Shown here piece by piece: positions 12,455 to 24,899 of a stretch of 60,534 nucleotides of DNA. The stretch covers positions 86,786,678-86,847,211 of the forward strand of contig NC_068983.1 in the NCBI RefSeq assembly GCF_001194135.2, written 5' to 3'. The first letter of the stretch is position 1, and each line of letters opens with the position of its first letter. A program made the position numbers and the translations under genes. The notes beneath the pieces were generated by a model, which worked only from the letters and a program-made list of their open reading frames with translations, had not been told where the DNA came from and did not search any database. The stretch comes from Octopus bimaculoides (taxonomy: Eukaryota).

Positions 12455-13160
12455 TTTCTTCTTTTATTTGTTTTAGTCATTTGACTGCGGTCACGCTGGA
12501 GCACTGCCTTTAGTTGAGCAAATCGACCCCAAGACTTATTCTTTGTAAGCCTAGTACTTATTCTATCGGTTTCTTTTGCCGAACCGCTAAGTTACGGGGA
12601 TGTAGACACACCAGCATCGGTTGTCGAGTGATGTTGGAGGTACAAACATAGACACACAAACATATACGCACACAAACATATACACAAACACACACACACA
12701 CACACATATATATAATATAAATAATATATAAATATATGCATATATATATACATACATATGTGTACATACCTACATGTATATGTATATATATATACATGCA
12801 TATTATGGGTACAGGACATCAAAAAACGTGAACAAAATGAGAAACGAAAACATAAAAAACAAAAACATAGAAAACAAACTTTTTTTCGAACAACGAAAGA
12901 AACAAACAGAGAAACGAGACAGGCAACATAAAGAACAATCCCTTCATCAGTTATCACCTGTTTTATCTACCCCGCGTTTCGAAGGTAGAGACATACGACG
13001 GACTTCTTTCAGTTTCCGTTTACCAAATCCGCTCACAAGGCTTTGGTCGGCCCGAGGCTATAGTAGAAGACACTTGCCCAAGGTGCCACGCAGTGAGACT
13101 GAACCCGGAACCATGTGGATGGGAAGCAAGCTTTTTACCTCCCAGACACTCCTGAGCCTA
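12455..13160 (-). mobile_element. SINE family A, interrupted in its central microsatellite
   Basis: 3' half at 12455-12690 and 5' half at about 12990-13160, with a foreign segment between them. Confidence 0.85.
12810..12990 (-). mobile_element. Nested insert, probable Penelope-like terminal fragment with hammerhead core boxes
   Basis: Minus strand reads CCTTC-GAAAC-GCGGG-GTA-GATAAAAC...CTGATGAAGGG. The plus strand is A-rich, like the Penelope terminal region at 44560-44760. Confidence 0.4.
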
Positions 13161-13377
13161 AAAATATCAATTCCACTGTTTTTTTTTGTTTTTTGTTCCA
13201 GGAGGCTGAAGAGTAAATTCGTCACTGGAAGGCTTTGAACTCGGTACATAAAGAAACGTGACTTAACATANNNNNNNNNNNNNNNNNNNNNNNNNNNNNN
13301 NNNNNNNNNNNNNNNNNNNNNNNNNNNNNNNNNNNACATTTTTGTGCCAAAGATAAATGAAATTATGGCTGTTCTGC

Positions 13378-13585
13378 GAGGTAGCGAGCTTGCAGAATCG
13401 TTACCACACCGGAGAAATTCGTCCGTCGTTACTGCCAGTTCAAATTCTACCGAGGACGACTTTACCTTTCTTCCCTTTCGGGGTAGATGAAATAAGCACT
13501 AGTGAAGTACTGCGGTCAATGTAATTAACTAGACCTCTTCTCCAAAATTTCAGGCCTTTTACCTGTAGTAGAAAGAATATTATTG
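13378..13585 (+). mobile_element. SINE family B, degenerate
   Basis: Head GGTAGCGAGCTTGCAGAATCG, B-box-like AGTTCAAATTC, tail CAGGCCTTTTACCTGTAGTAGAAAGAATATTATT. Confidence 0.8.
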
Positions 13586-13984
13586 TTGTTCTACCACATT
13601 ACGGTATATTTCTGAATAACATGAGCTTCTATAGCTATTGTTTATATCCGGTCTCAAGCAGCATTAAGCAGAAATTAAAGAAATGTCCAAGTCATTTGTA
13701 TGTACTTGCTGGATATGGTATTAGACTACCGCAGAAAGTTTTCTCTCTATAAAGTGAAAAGATTTAAACTTGAGATTGAAGGACAATCAATTGCTCAACA
13801 ATGGGTGCTTTTCGCAAAGACTACTTGGTTGCAAACATTCGGAACAAATCAACGGTCTAAAGAGAACTTCCTTTCCCATGTGGCGGGGATCCTGAAAAAA
13901 TTCATAGCCGTGGCCCTTCTTTCTCTGAGTAAGCCATCCATCCATCCATCTCCATCCACTATTCCATCTATCTCCGTCTACTAT

Positions 13985-14195
13985 TCCTGAGAGAGTCGTA
14001 GGAGTAGAGTTCTAAGGCACCTCCACCATAAGATCCTTTCAGAAGCATCCGTCTTCCAGCTGGATTCCCATAGTACCACTGCTGTGACGTCTCAATTCGA
14101 AGTAGCGTCTGGACCCGGAGAGACCCCTTGATCTCCCAGCTGCACATCCTGTCGAATAACGTTACTCCAGAGATCTTTCGGAAGAAATTCATACA
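13985..14195 (-). mobile_element. RTE-clade LINE C-terminal fragment
   Basis: MNFFRKISGVTLFDRMCSWEIKGSLRVQTLLRIETSQQWYYG matches the RTE/Rex3 post-RT motif and the copy at 51587-51796. Confidence 0.75.
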
Positions 14196-14654
14196 ATTTA
14201 AAAAAGAATATTACTTACAACAAACCTGCTTTATATTCTATGCCATTACAAAAGTTTGCGCTACCTACTTACCACCCTGGTTGACTGAGCCTGTCACCCC
14301 TTTTCTTCTCACCCATCCTGTCCCTTTCCCAACTCGCTGGTCTATCCATTTCCCCAGTCCCCAGAAGCTAATCTCTATAGATCTTTGAGTTTCTGTTTCT
14401 GTAGTGAGACAAATCTATTTAAGAATAGAAACACCATTGTATTGCAGCAAACAACTTTCCACACTGAGGTATCTACTATCTTTCCAACAAAATCACACAT
14501 TTAAACATGATCGAGTGGATTAGGAATTGGACCACCAGTTCAAATATGGTGAATCAAAATCCACTGTATGTTTTTCTTTTTGTCCCTAGAGTGGAACCGT
14601 TATTCTACTACTTTCAATTAATCTAACTACAGGAAATAGATAAAATAAAACACT

Positions 14655-14863
14655 AATGAAGTATTAGGGTCGATGTAATCGACTAGCCTTTTCTCCCAAC
14701 TTTCAGGCATTGTGTCTATACCAGAAAGCATTATTATTTTTTTTTTTTTTTTTTTTTTTTTCTTTCTTCAAATTTTCTTCCATTTCTCGCCGAGTGTTTT
14801 CCGTACACCTAGGGCAGAGAAACTCATTGTATGCATTCCCAGTTTACACACGCAAATTCACAG

Positions 14864-14912
<49 letters not shown>

Positions 14913-15095
14913 GGTAACGAGCTGGCAGAATCGTTAGCACGCTTAGCGGCATTTCGTCTGTCATTACGTTCTGAGTTCAAATTCCACCGAGGCCGACTTT
15001 GCCTTTCACCCCCCAAGTACCAGTTGCGCACCAGTATCGATATAAACGACTAAACCCTCCCACCAAAAATTCAGGCCTTGAGCTAAAAATTTAAA

Positions 15096-15132
<37 letters not shown>

Positions 15133-16015
15133 TATTATGAGGCGGAGAGCTGGCAGAATCTTTAGCGCATCGGACAAAGTGCTTAACGGCTTTTCTTAGT
15201 GTTCTTTTCGTTGTGAGTTCAAATACCACTGAGGTCAACTTTACTTTTCATCCTTTCAGAATCGATAAAAATAAGTACCGGTCAAATATTGGGGTTGGTG
15301 GTATCGACTAACTCCTTCACCGAAAAACTACTGGCCTTCTGCCAAAACACGAAGCTATTATTACATTATAAGACGAAGGCGGCGAGCTGGCAGAAACGTT
15401 AGCACGCCGGGCGAAATGCTTAGCGGTATTTCGTCTGTCTTTACGATCTGAGTTCAAATTCCGCCGAAGTCGACTTTGCCTTACATCCTTTCGAAGTCGA
15501 TAAATTAAGTACCAGTTGCGTTCTAGGGTCGATCTAATCAACTGGACCCCACTCCCCAAAAATGTTGGGCCTTGTGTCTAGAGAAGAAAAGATTATATTA
15601 TAAGATGACCAACTACTGGAACTGTTTGCGCATCGGGCACAATAGTTTGTAGCATTTCTTCAGGCTTTTCACGTTCTGAGTTCAATCCTTTCGGAACCGA
15701 AACAAATAAAATACCAGTCAAATACTGAGGTCGATGTAATCGATTATCTTCTTCCCTCTAGAATTACTGGCCTTGCGCCAAAATTTGAAGCCATTATTGT
15801 TATTGTTGTTGCTGCTGCTGATGATGATGATGATGATGCTGATGATGATGAGGGCAGTGGATTGATGAAATCGTTTGAGTGTTGAACAAATGCTTGGCGA
15901 TATTTCTTCCGGCTCTTTACGTTCAAATGCCGTCGAGGTCAACTTTGCCTTTCATCCTTCCGGGATCAATAACATAAAGTATTAGTCAAGTACTGGATCG
16001 ATATAATCTATTAAC
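14655..16015 (+). mobile_element. Head-to-tail cluster of six SINE B copies separated by (TAT)n-type tracts
   Basis: Copies at about 14655-14735 (3' part), 14911-15100, 15138-15362, 15377-15600, 15603-15800 and 15851-16015, all on the plus strand with differing divergence. Confidence 0.85.
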
Positions 16016-17099
16016 CACCACCGTCCATCGTCCCCCCCCCACCCACTCACACACACACACACATACAAATTTCTGTCCTTCAGCCAATCATAAGTGTTGT
16101 TGTTGTTCCTTAATTGCCGAAATTTCCATGCATAATTAAGATATTACTATAACCGTTGTTGATTTGGTCTGTTGTACGTTTTCCCCTATAATTAAATAAA
16201 AGGACTATTGCTTTTGCTGTTATCGATGCCGCTGTTGTTGCTGTTGTTGTTGTTGTCGTCGTCGTCGCCATCATTGTCGTTGTTTCCGTTATTGACGTCG
16301 TTCGCGGTTGATATTTTACTTCTCCTTGTCATCACCATCGGCGTTTTCGTCGCAGTCACTGTTATTGCAGTCGGTTATTAATTAAATACCTAAATAAACA
16401 AACATATAAAAGACCATTAGAAATGTTTTATTGCATTTGATTTCTTGTCTGAAGTCAATCATCAGAGATATATTTTTGGCCTGTATCAGCAGTTAGGATG
16501 ATTCTTTCAGCATATAAAACTGTTAAAGCTAAGTGTTATTAACCAATGAAATACACTTCTGTAAACATGATAGATTTGATGCAAGCTGTGAGCTGAAAAC
16601 AACGCACGCATTCTGAACATCGGTGTGCATCTAATTGGTGTAGGCATAAGAACGACAGTCATACTATAGAAATCGTGTATGGATGTGAGAAAATCGATCT
16701 CGTGTCATTCTAAGTTTCAGATTCTCTCCCTCTCCACTCTAACAACAATCACCACCGCCGACTCTATCACTAATCATGCCCATCGCCACCACCATTATTC
16801 TATCTTAACCAGTATTTCTCTTTCTCTCGTTCTCTCTCTCCCCCCCCCCTCTCTCTCTCTCATACTTTCGCCTCCAATATCATTATTAAGCAATATCTTT
16901 ACTCGCCAATGTCTCCTTCTACTTCTCCTTCATTTCCTCATTCTGCTATTACTGCTTTTCTTTCCGACAAAGCTTTAAAAGGATAGAAAGGAGGAAAAGT
17001 ATAAACGTGGCAATAGTGAAGAAGGAGGAGGATAGAAAAGTGAAAGAAAAGAGGAAAGAGAGGCAGGGTGAAATGGGATGGCAGAGAAGTTATCTTCTC

Positions 17100-17290
17100 A
17101 TCTTCCAGCCGTCAGTAATGATCGATGACGTGGCAGGTCACGCGATCCTAGGGGACCGACGCCATTTGCTATCACGGCTGGTTGCCTGTACAGTCGTTTC
17201 ATTGGCGATAAATTCCCTCCCGCCTCTCAGTTTTTCCCTTTAACTCGTAAGAGTTGTGCACCGCCCGCACCGGTGGCCAAGCTTGAAAAT
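17100..17290. promoter_or_regulatory. CpG-rich unique island with promoter-type motifs (candidate)
   Basis: About 15 CpG in about 180 bp. Contains TGACGTGG (CRE/G-box-like), AGGTCA, CGCCATTT (YY1-like), ATTGG (CCAAT, minus strand) and two CCGCC GC-box-like sites. Confidence 0.3.
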
Positions 17291-17400
17291 ATAAGGACCA
17301 CTCAAATAAGTTTGTCTCTTGGTATTTCACGATCAACTATCTACTGATGAAAATGGTGCATGAAGAATGGGCAACTTCAACAGAAGTCTCGTTGGGCAGG
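17280..17400 (+). mobile_element. Possible mariner transposase remnant
   Basis: QISLSLGISRSTIY..MVHEE..SRW resembles the mariner HTH-linker segment (LGIS.GSV..ILHE.LG..KV.ARW). Confidence 0.35.
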
Positions 17401-18377
17401 CCGTGAATCTTGTGTTTGTTTAACGTTCACGGTACATAACCGATAATTTCGTCGCAGTACGCCACTCATCTTCCATAACAAATGTACAAAATACTAAACT
17501 CTATTTGAATGAAAAGTCTAAGTGAAGCCATCAGAGAAATTTACTGCAAACTACGTCACGCTCCGTTGGGGCGCTCGGTTTTCTGATGGTGTTTTTGTCA
17601 GAACGATTGCTGCTACGCGGAAGAAAATGAAACAAAAACAAATAAAGAGAAAAATGAGCAAATGTGTGTGTGTGCGTGTGCGTGTNNNNNNNNNNNNNNN
17701 NNNNNNNNNNNNNNNNNNNNNNNNNNNNNNNNNNNNNNNNNNNNNNNNNNNNNNNNNNNNNNNNNNNNNNNNNNNNNNNNNNNNNNNNNNNNNNNNNNNN
17801 NNNNNNNNNNNNNNNNNNNNNNNNNNNNNNNNNNNNNNNNNNNNNNNNNNNNNNNNNNNNNNNNNNNNNNNNNNNNNNNNNNNNNNNNNNNNNNNNNNNN
17901 NNNNNNNNNNNNNNNNNNNNNNNNNNNNNNNNNNNNNNNNNNNNNNNNNNNNNNNNNNNNNNNNNNNNNNNNNNNNNNNNNNNNNNNNNNNNNNNNNNNN
18001 NNNNNNNNNNNNNNNNNNNNNNNNNNNNNNNNNNNNNNNNNNNNNNNNNNNNNNNNNNNNNNNNNNNNNNNNNNNNNNNNNNNNNNNNNNNNNNNNNNNN
18101 NNNNNNNNNTATATATATACATACATATAATATACACATATACATATATACATATAATATACACATATACATATATATACACACATATATACATACTCAC
18201 ACACACACACACACACGCACACGCACACATGCTCGTAGATATTTGCATATATCTCCATAAACAGATAAAGAAAAAGACAGACAGATAACATATCTGTATG
18301 TCTACATATACATGTCTGCATATGCGCTTACTCATGTACACAATATATGCATATTTTTCATATATACATGTGTGTGC

Positions 18378-18425
<48 letters not shown>

Positions 18426-18571
18426 ATGCGTGTATAAGTTATGCGAGTATGTATATGTATGTGTATGTATGTGTGTGCGTGCGTGCGTGAATATATGCAC
18501 ACACTGCACATGCCTATATAATACAGTTATCATATGTATATTCATATATGTATAAATAAATACATGTGTAC

Positions 18572-18621
<50 letters not shown>

Positions 18622-18702
18622 CCGCTCTTTCTCTCTCTCTTTCTTCCTCTTTCTCTCTTTGTCTCTCTCTCACATACACGCGCGCGCGTACGCACTCACA
18701 CA

Positions 18703-18741
<39 letters not shown>

Positions 18742-18745
18742 TGCA

Positions 18746-19040
18746 GGTGCAGGATGGCCAAATGTTTAAGAAGATCGGTACGCCACCACGAGGTTCTGGG
18801 TTCGATTGCACTGCGAGGCATCTTTTGCAAATGCTATTTCCTGCAGTTTGACAGAAACTGTATGAAATCTTGTCGGGTACACTTATATCTATAATTCAAA
18901 AGGGCTTTGTTACACATTATGTCGTACTGACTCTACCTAAAAGTTACGTTAACGGAACACATATCAGTGGAATACCCAGCCACTTGTACATTAAATCAGG
19001 AGCAGGTAATTCAGTTGATCGAACGAGTTTATCCCCATAG
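18746..19040 (+). mobile_element. Hybrid SINE (family A-like head, family C tail), degenerate
   Basis: tRNA-like head with GGGTTCGATTGCACTGCG, then the tail motif GTTACGTTAA...CCCAGCCACTTGTACATTAA...GTTGATCG. Confidence 0.6.
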
Positions 19041-19189
19041 TCAATCAACGGAGATCTACCAAATACGGATGTATATCTGTGCGCATGTCACTGTGTTTGT
19101 GTTTGTGTATGAGTATATATGCGTGTGTGTGTCTTGTATTTTTGTATGTGTGTCTATGTGACTGGCGGGGGTGTATGTATGCGTGTATG

Positions 19190-19598
19190 TTTATATATAT
19201 GCATGTTGTCTATCTTTTATAATTTTAAGTCTTCCTGCAAGACAGTATCTGGCTTCTAACAAAGATACAAAGTTCTCTTGTCCGAATGTAGATAACGAAA
19301 ACAAATTCATTTTTTGAACTTGAGGAAAGTTTTGCATATTTTTACTATTCTGCTTACAGTATGTATTTGGAATGTCCGTGTTAGCTGGTTGGTTTCCTTT
19401 TTCTGAAAACCCTAGCTTTTCCAAATAGCCATTTAGGTATTTACTCACAAAACCAAATTTACCAATTATCATTGGTTCAAGTGTGAATATATAATCTGGA
19501 TATAGAAGCTGAAGGATTTGTAGCAGCTGTCTGTAGTTATCCTCTTTCTCCATGAATTTTGAAGAGCTATTCACATCAGCAGAGCAGCTGACCTCTAA
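19190..19598 (-). mobile_element. R4/Dong-type REL LINE, 5'-truncated C-terminal fragment
   Basis: LEVSCSADVN..KFMEKEDNYRQLLQILQLLYPDYIFTLEPMIIGKFGFV (REL domain end). TATG repeats flank both junctions. Confidence 0.85.
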
Positions 19599-19607
19599 GT
19601 ATGTATG

Positions 19608-19725
19608 CATATCATTATTCTGTTTTATTTCTAGAGTTCTTGTCAGTAGAGAAAGAACCGGTTTCTAACCTAGATCCAAGGCCCCTTCATTGGAATTTCA
19701 ACATCAACAACAGGGTATTTTTGTT
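19608..19725 (-). mobile_element. R4/Dong 3'-terminal ~125-bp module
   Basis: Near-identical to the 3' end of the 58985-59924 element (AATAAAACAGAATAATGA end), with (TATG)n on both sides. Confidence 0.85.
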
Positions 19726-19959
19726 TGTATGTATGTATGTATGTATGTATGTATGTATGCATGTATGTATGTACGCATGCATATATGTATGTACGTATTT
19801 ATGCATGTATTACTGACTTCTGGGCACACGATATTTCGTTATGCAGCCATAATATGTTTTTATAAGTCAACACGGTGTTTATAAGTCAATACTTTCAAAA
19901 TCAGTGCTGGCTATAACTTCAATAGACAATCTGTAGAGATGACCTTAACACGTCTGTCT

Positions 19960-20435
19960 GTATGTACACATGTGTTTTCTTTTTCTCTTTAATCTAGATT
20001 TAATTTTGATCGGCCACCTGACTGATAACACGGTTTTGAAGGTAAGTATGTTATTGCATTCATTGTGCTTAAAAACCTTAAGAAGGTCTTGCAGCTTTTA
20101 TTTCTAAATATTGTGTCATATCTAGTGTATTGTCAAGGAGTTGCATTCTCTCCTCAAGAACCCAAGTTCAACCCTACTTTGCTTCTGACAGGTTGTTGCT
20201 CCAATAATAAGTATAAACTTGAATTATATTGGAGTACATTATCTGTAAACTCTTTATCAATGGTCCACAGACGTTTTCCTTGTATTTTTCTGACCACATT
20301 AACGTCCAGAGGGTAGCTGATTTCCATAACAGAGCTTATGTTTTACTAGTGGCCCCACACAACATCTGGCTACTTATGTTTTAAATTAGTGGCTGTTTTA
20401 ATTTTAAGTTCCAACAACATTCTTTTGATCTTTAA
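19960..20435 (-). mobile_element. R4/Dong-type REL LINE fragment, old
   Basis: WNLKIKTATNLKHK*PDVV...VMEISYPLDVNV and the C-terminal CKTFLRF. The 5' junction runs into TATG repeats. Confidence 0.7.
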
Positions 20436-20486
20436 GTATGTATATACGCATGTATGTATACATATGTAGGTATGTATTTATACTTG

Positions 20487-20670
20487 TATGTTATTATTCA
20501 GTTTTACTTCAAGATTTCTTAACAATAGATAAAGAGCCGATTTCTAACCCAGATCTAAGGCTCCTTCATTGGAATTTCAACATGAACAGGGTATTTGCAC
20601 ATGTTTGCTTGTATGTGTGCAGTATTTGGTGTCCGTGTATGTGCAGATTGCATATCTTGTTTTATGTATG
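20487..20670 (-). mobile_element. R4/Dong 3'-terminal module with extra UTR
   Basis: TTATTCAGTTTTACTTCAAGATTTCTT...GAGCCGATTTCTAACC...CTCCTTCATTGGAATTTCAAC, same module as 19608 and 58985. Confidence 0.85.
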
Positions 20671-20773
20671 TACCTACGTATGTATGTATGTATGTATGTA
20701 TGTATGTATGTATGTATAGTCGTTCCAGACTAATTTATACCTTAGCTACTCAAAGTTCCATACATTCATACAA

Positions 20774-20812
<39 letters not shown>

Positions 20813-20964
20813 TGTGTGTGGCGGGCGTGTGTCTGTGTGTGGCGGGCGTGTGTCTGTATGTATATGTATGTATGTATATATGTATGTAGTATGTATGTAT
20901 TTATGTATGTGTTTATGCGTGTGCGTGTGTCTGTGTGTGTGCCTAAGTATATATATATAGCAGT

Positions 20965-21290
20965 GGTGGACCTCCGTCGTTCGATGGTAGTATTCAGTTG
21001 TCCAATCAGCTGCATAAGCCAGTCTCTATTAACATGCAAGTGGCTGGGTATTCCTCACTTAACATATTTCTCATACAAATTCAGCGTAACATAGTATCTG
21101 AGAAGGCTGAACCGTTTGAATTACAGGTACAGTTCATCCACCTGACAAGCTTCTATACAGTCTCCACCTACCTAACTTCACTCACAAGATTTAGATCGTC
21201 CCGATGCTATAAAATATAATATTTATTCTAGATACCAAACACTGGGATCGAACTTGGGATCTCATGACGATGAAGGGAACACCTACATTT
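20965..21290 (-). mobile_element. Hybrid SINE (family A-like head and core, family C tail)
   Basis: Minus strand: AAGTTCGATCCC, then TTGTGAGTGAAGTTAGGTAGGTGGAGACTG (A-like core), then TGTACCTGTAATTCAAA...CCCAGCCACTTGCATGTTAA (C tail). Confidence 0.7.
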
Positions 21291-21369
21291 ATGTATATTT
21301 GTATATCTGTATGTATGTACATGTCTGAGCGTGTGAATGTATATGTGTGTGTCTGTGTGTTTGTCTCTC

Positions 21370-21379
21370 TGTGTGTTTG

Positions 21380-21471
<92 letters not shown>

Positions 21472-21782
21472 TGTGTCTTTATGTATGTAGATAGGTAGAT
21501 AGATAGATAGATAGAAGGATAGACAGAAAGAAGATAGATAGATAGATTTACATATATCTACATATATCTACATATATAGCTATGCATACATATATATAAA
21601 GAGAGAGAGAGAGAGAGCTATGCATCTATATACATATATAAACAAATACATGGAGAAGGGCCGCATGCGCGTGTGAGTGTTAAACTAATATGTAATCCGA
21701 TTCTGGTCGACCAAGTTGATGATATGTTGAAAAAGATTTATTTTTAAAAAGTCAGCTACCCCAACAGCAGATACGCTCGTAT

Positions 21783-21868
<86 letters not shown>

Positions 21869-21970
21869 GCACACATATATACATACACGTACACTCATAC
21901 ACACACATATACATTGATATTCATGTATGTATATGATAGATAGATGAGTATATGTATATAATATGTATGC

Positions 21971-22006
<36 letters not shown>
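21370..22006. repeat. (CT)n, (GATA)n, (TA)n microsatellites
   Basis: Directly visible; long (GATA)n at about 21783-21868. Confidence 0.95.
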
Positions 22007-22440
22007 NNNNNNNNNNNNNNNNNNNNNNNNNNNNNNNNNNNNNNNNNNNNNNNNNNNNNNNNNNNNNNNNNNNNNNNNNNNNNNNNNNNNNNNNNNNNNN
22101 NNNNNNNNNNNNNNNNNNNNNNNNNNNNNNNNNNNNNNNNNNNNNNNNNNNNNNNNNNNNNNNNNNNNNNNNNNNNNNNNNNNNNNNNNNNNNNNNNNNN
22201 NNNNNNNNNNNNNNNNNNNNNNNNNNNNNNNNNNNNNNNNNNNNNNNNNNNNNNNNNNNNNNNNNNNNNNNNNNNNNNNNNNNNNNNNNNNNNNNNNNNN
22301 NNNNNNNNNNNNNNNNNNNNNNNNNNNNNNNNNNNNNNNNNNNNNNNNNNNNNNNNNNNNNNNNNNNNNNNNNNNNNNNNNNNNNNNNNNNNNNNNNNNN
22401 NNNNNNNNNNNNNNNNNNNNNNNNNNNNNNNNNNNNNNNN

Positions 22441-22481
<41 letters not shown>

Positions 22482-23949
22482 CATACATATATGTCCTAAT
22501 CGCTTCACTCAACTATATTCTTTAAATTTTAAGAATGTCACGTTAGTGCCTCGTCCAAATGACAGTAACATTTTACATGGACTTCTATTAGCTTTGTGCT
22601 ATCCTCATACTGTTACGTTAGTTAATATCCATCACTTCATTAAGAAATATACTATATGCCACTGTTTATATACACTGTTACAATAACCAGTAGTTACTGC
22701 TGCCGATGTAACTAACATTAAATTTAACTAAGATTTCATGCATCTGTAACGACACTCTCGTTGCACACTTCATCCTGCGCGCTGCACACTCTATGCTGTT
22801 ACACGGACTAATGGCTGCAAAAAGTTATGTGCAACATTTACATTGAGTGTAACAATTCTTTCATGACAGCTTTGTAGGTTTGAACTGCTGGCGTGTTAAA
22901 TAAAACTAATGTCAGCCTAATAAGTCTGAATTAATAATGACCTTTCAGCAGTATAAATAGAACAGCATGAAAATATGTTTGCGCGCGCCTTTTTTTGAGA
23001 ATTGTCAAAGCTTCTGGAAAAAGAGAAGAACGAATCTCAGATAATAGCTCGCTTTAAAAATATGAGGTTTACGTTTTGCACGACAGATGTTTTGCGTGAG
23101 TCGCTCATTAGGTTTGCTCCATATATCTTTAAAACATTTCACATTTAACATCAACGCATAATGCCAACGAACGGTTTCAAAACTGAGTCGTACGTACACC
23201 GACGTCTCATGAAATTTGTTCCAACGCTGTTTTCTAGTTTGTTTCGGTGTTTCGATTTGTTGCTTTATTTATATATTTATATATTTATTTAATAAGAAGA
23301 TATTGTAAAATAAAATGGCAATAAAATTTATTCGGGCGAAGAAAGAAAATAATTAGAATCACATAAAATCTATATAAGAAAAAAACAAAACATGGTGAAA
23401 ATAAAATGTATAAAAAGATGCTGGAAAAAGAATGATGGGACTGTTGCTGAAAGTATATAGAAAACTTAGTCACTTAATTTAAAAGAATGTAAATTAAAAT
23501 TGCTAATAAATAGTCACAATATGGAGGGAATCTTGGGGCGTTTGGTGACTATGACTTTTCTGTCAAACAAAAATTGCAGATCATTTCAGGTCAAGGAAAT
23601 TCATACGTATGAATAAAGAATTAATTCATTTTGCTTGGGCACAAAGCACTCGATTTGTAAAGTAAGGGGAGACTATAATCAACGTCTATATATACTGCTG
23701 TTCAGTTTTTAATTTACTGGAAGTAAGAATGGTGAAGTTGATTTTGGAAAGATTTGAACTCAGAACGAGGAAAATCAGCAAAATCAAAATTAACACAGTC
23801 CTTGAAATAATCATGTGGATTGGTTGAAACAGTTGGCACCTCTCATTTGCAAAATCCTCGATATAATCTTAATAAGAAAATAGCTGTCAACAGTCCTACA
23901 GGGTACTTTCTACAAATACATTTCAGATGATGTACATTATGATTATTCT

Positions 23950-24200
23950 TTATCTTTTACTTGATTTAGTCATTAGACTGCGGCCACACTGGGGCAACGC
24001 TTGAGAAATTTTACCCGAATGAATTGACCCCAGTACTTATTTTTTTATTTTTAAAGTTTGATAGTTATTCTATCGGTCTCCCGAAACGATACGTTACTGA
24101 GATGTAAGTACACCAACACCAGTTGTCCAGTGGGGGAGGATAAACACAGACACACACACACACACACACGTATATATATATATATATATATATATATACG

Positions 24201-24231
<31 letters not shown>

Positions 24232-24545
24232 GAATTTTTTCTGAATTTTCAAATTTTTTAAATCGGAAATGAGCTAGAACGTTAAAACTTAGTGCGCATA
24301 CACGACGGAATTCAAGTCCAATCTGTGCCAAGAGGCTTCACTCTGCGTACTTTAGCTTCCTTACTATGGCAACAATCCGGATACTTAATGATCAGACCAC
24401 GTATATATGACGGGCTTCTTTCAGTTTCCATCTACCAAATCCACTCACAAGGCTTTGGTAGGCCCGAAGCTATAGTACAAGACACCCAACGCGCCACACA
24501 GTGGAACTGAACCCGGAACCATGTTGTTGGGAAACAAGCCTCACT
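23950..24545 (-). mobile_element. SINE family A, interrupted in its central (TA)n
   Basis: 3' half at 23950-24150 and 5' half at 24405-24545. Confidence 0.8.
24235..24403 (-). mobile_element. Tc1/mariner terminal fragment nested in SINE A
   Basis: Minus strand starts TA-CGTGGTCTGATCATTAAGTATCCGGATTG, a mariner-style TIR start, within a (TA)n tract. Confidence 0.55.
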
Positions 24546-24899
24546 TGAAGTTTATATCGAAATCTAATGGGAAAAGAAAAATGACATATTCCACGCGTTC
24601 CGACTTTGTTTCCTCATACATTTTGATGATTAAATTAGAATTATGCTAAAAAAATATTACTTTTACCACCCACGTGATCCCTGTAATTTTTAGCGTATTA
24701 AATGATTACGTGGAGGATGGGCTACCTTTGAATTTGCTTGACAGAGAAATTAAGACTGTGGTAAAATAATGAAAGAAATATGTATTCAATAATTATTCTT
24801 AGCATTGTTCCCTCTTTTCTACACCGATTTCTTTCAGAGAATTTTCAGGAAAGAGTAGAGTAGACCTCATACGTAGTTGTTTCTTTTTAACATAATTAC

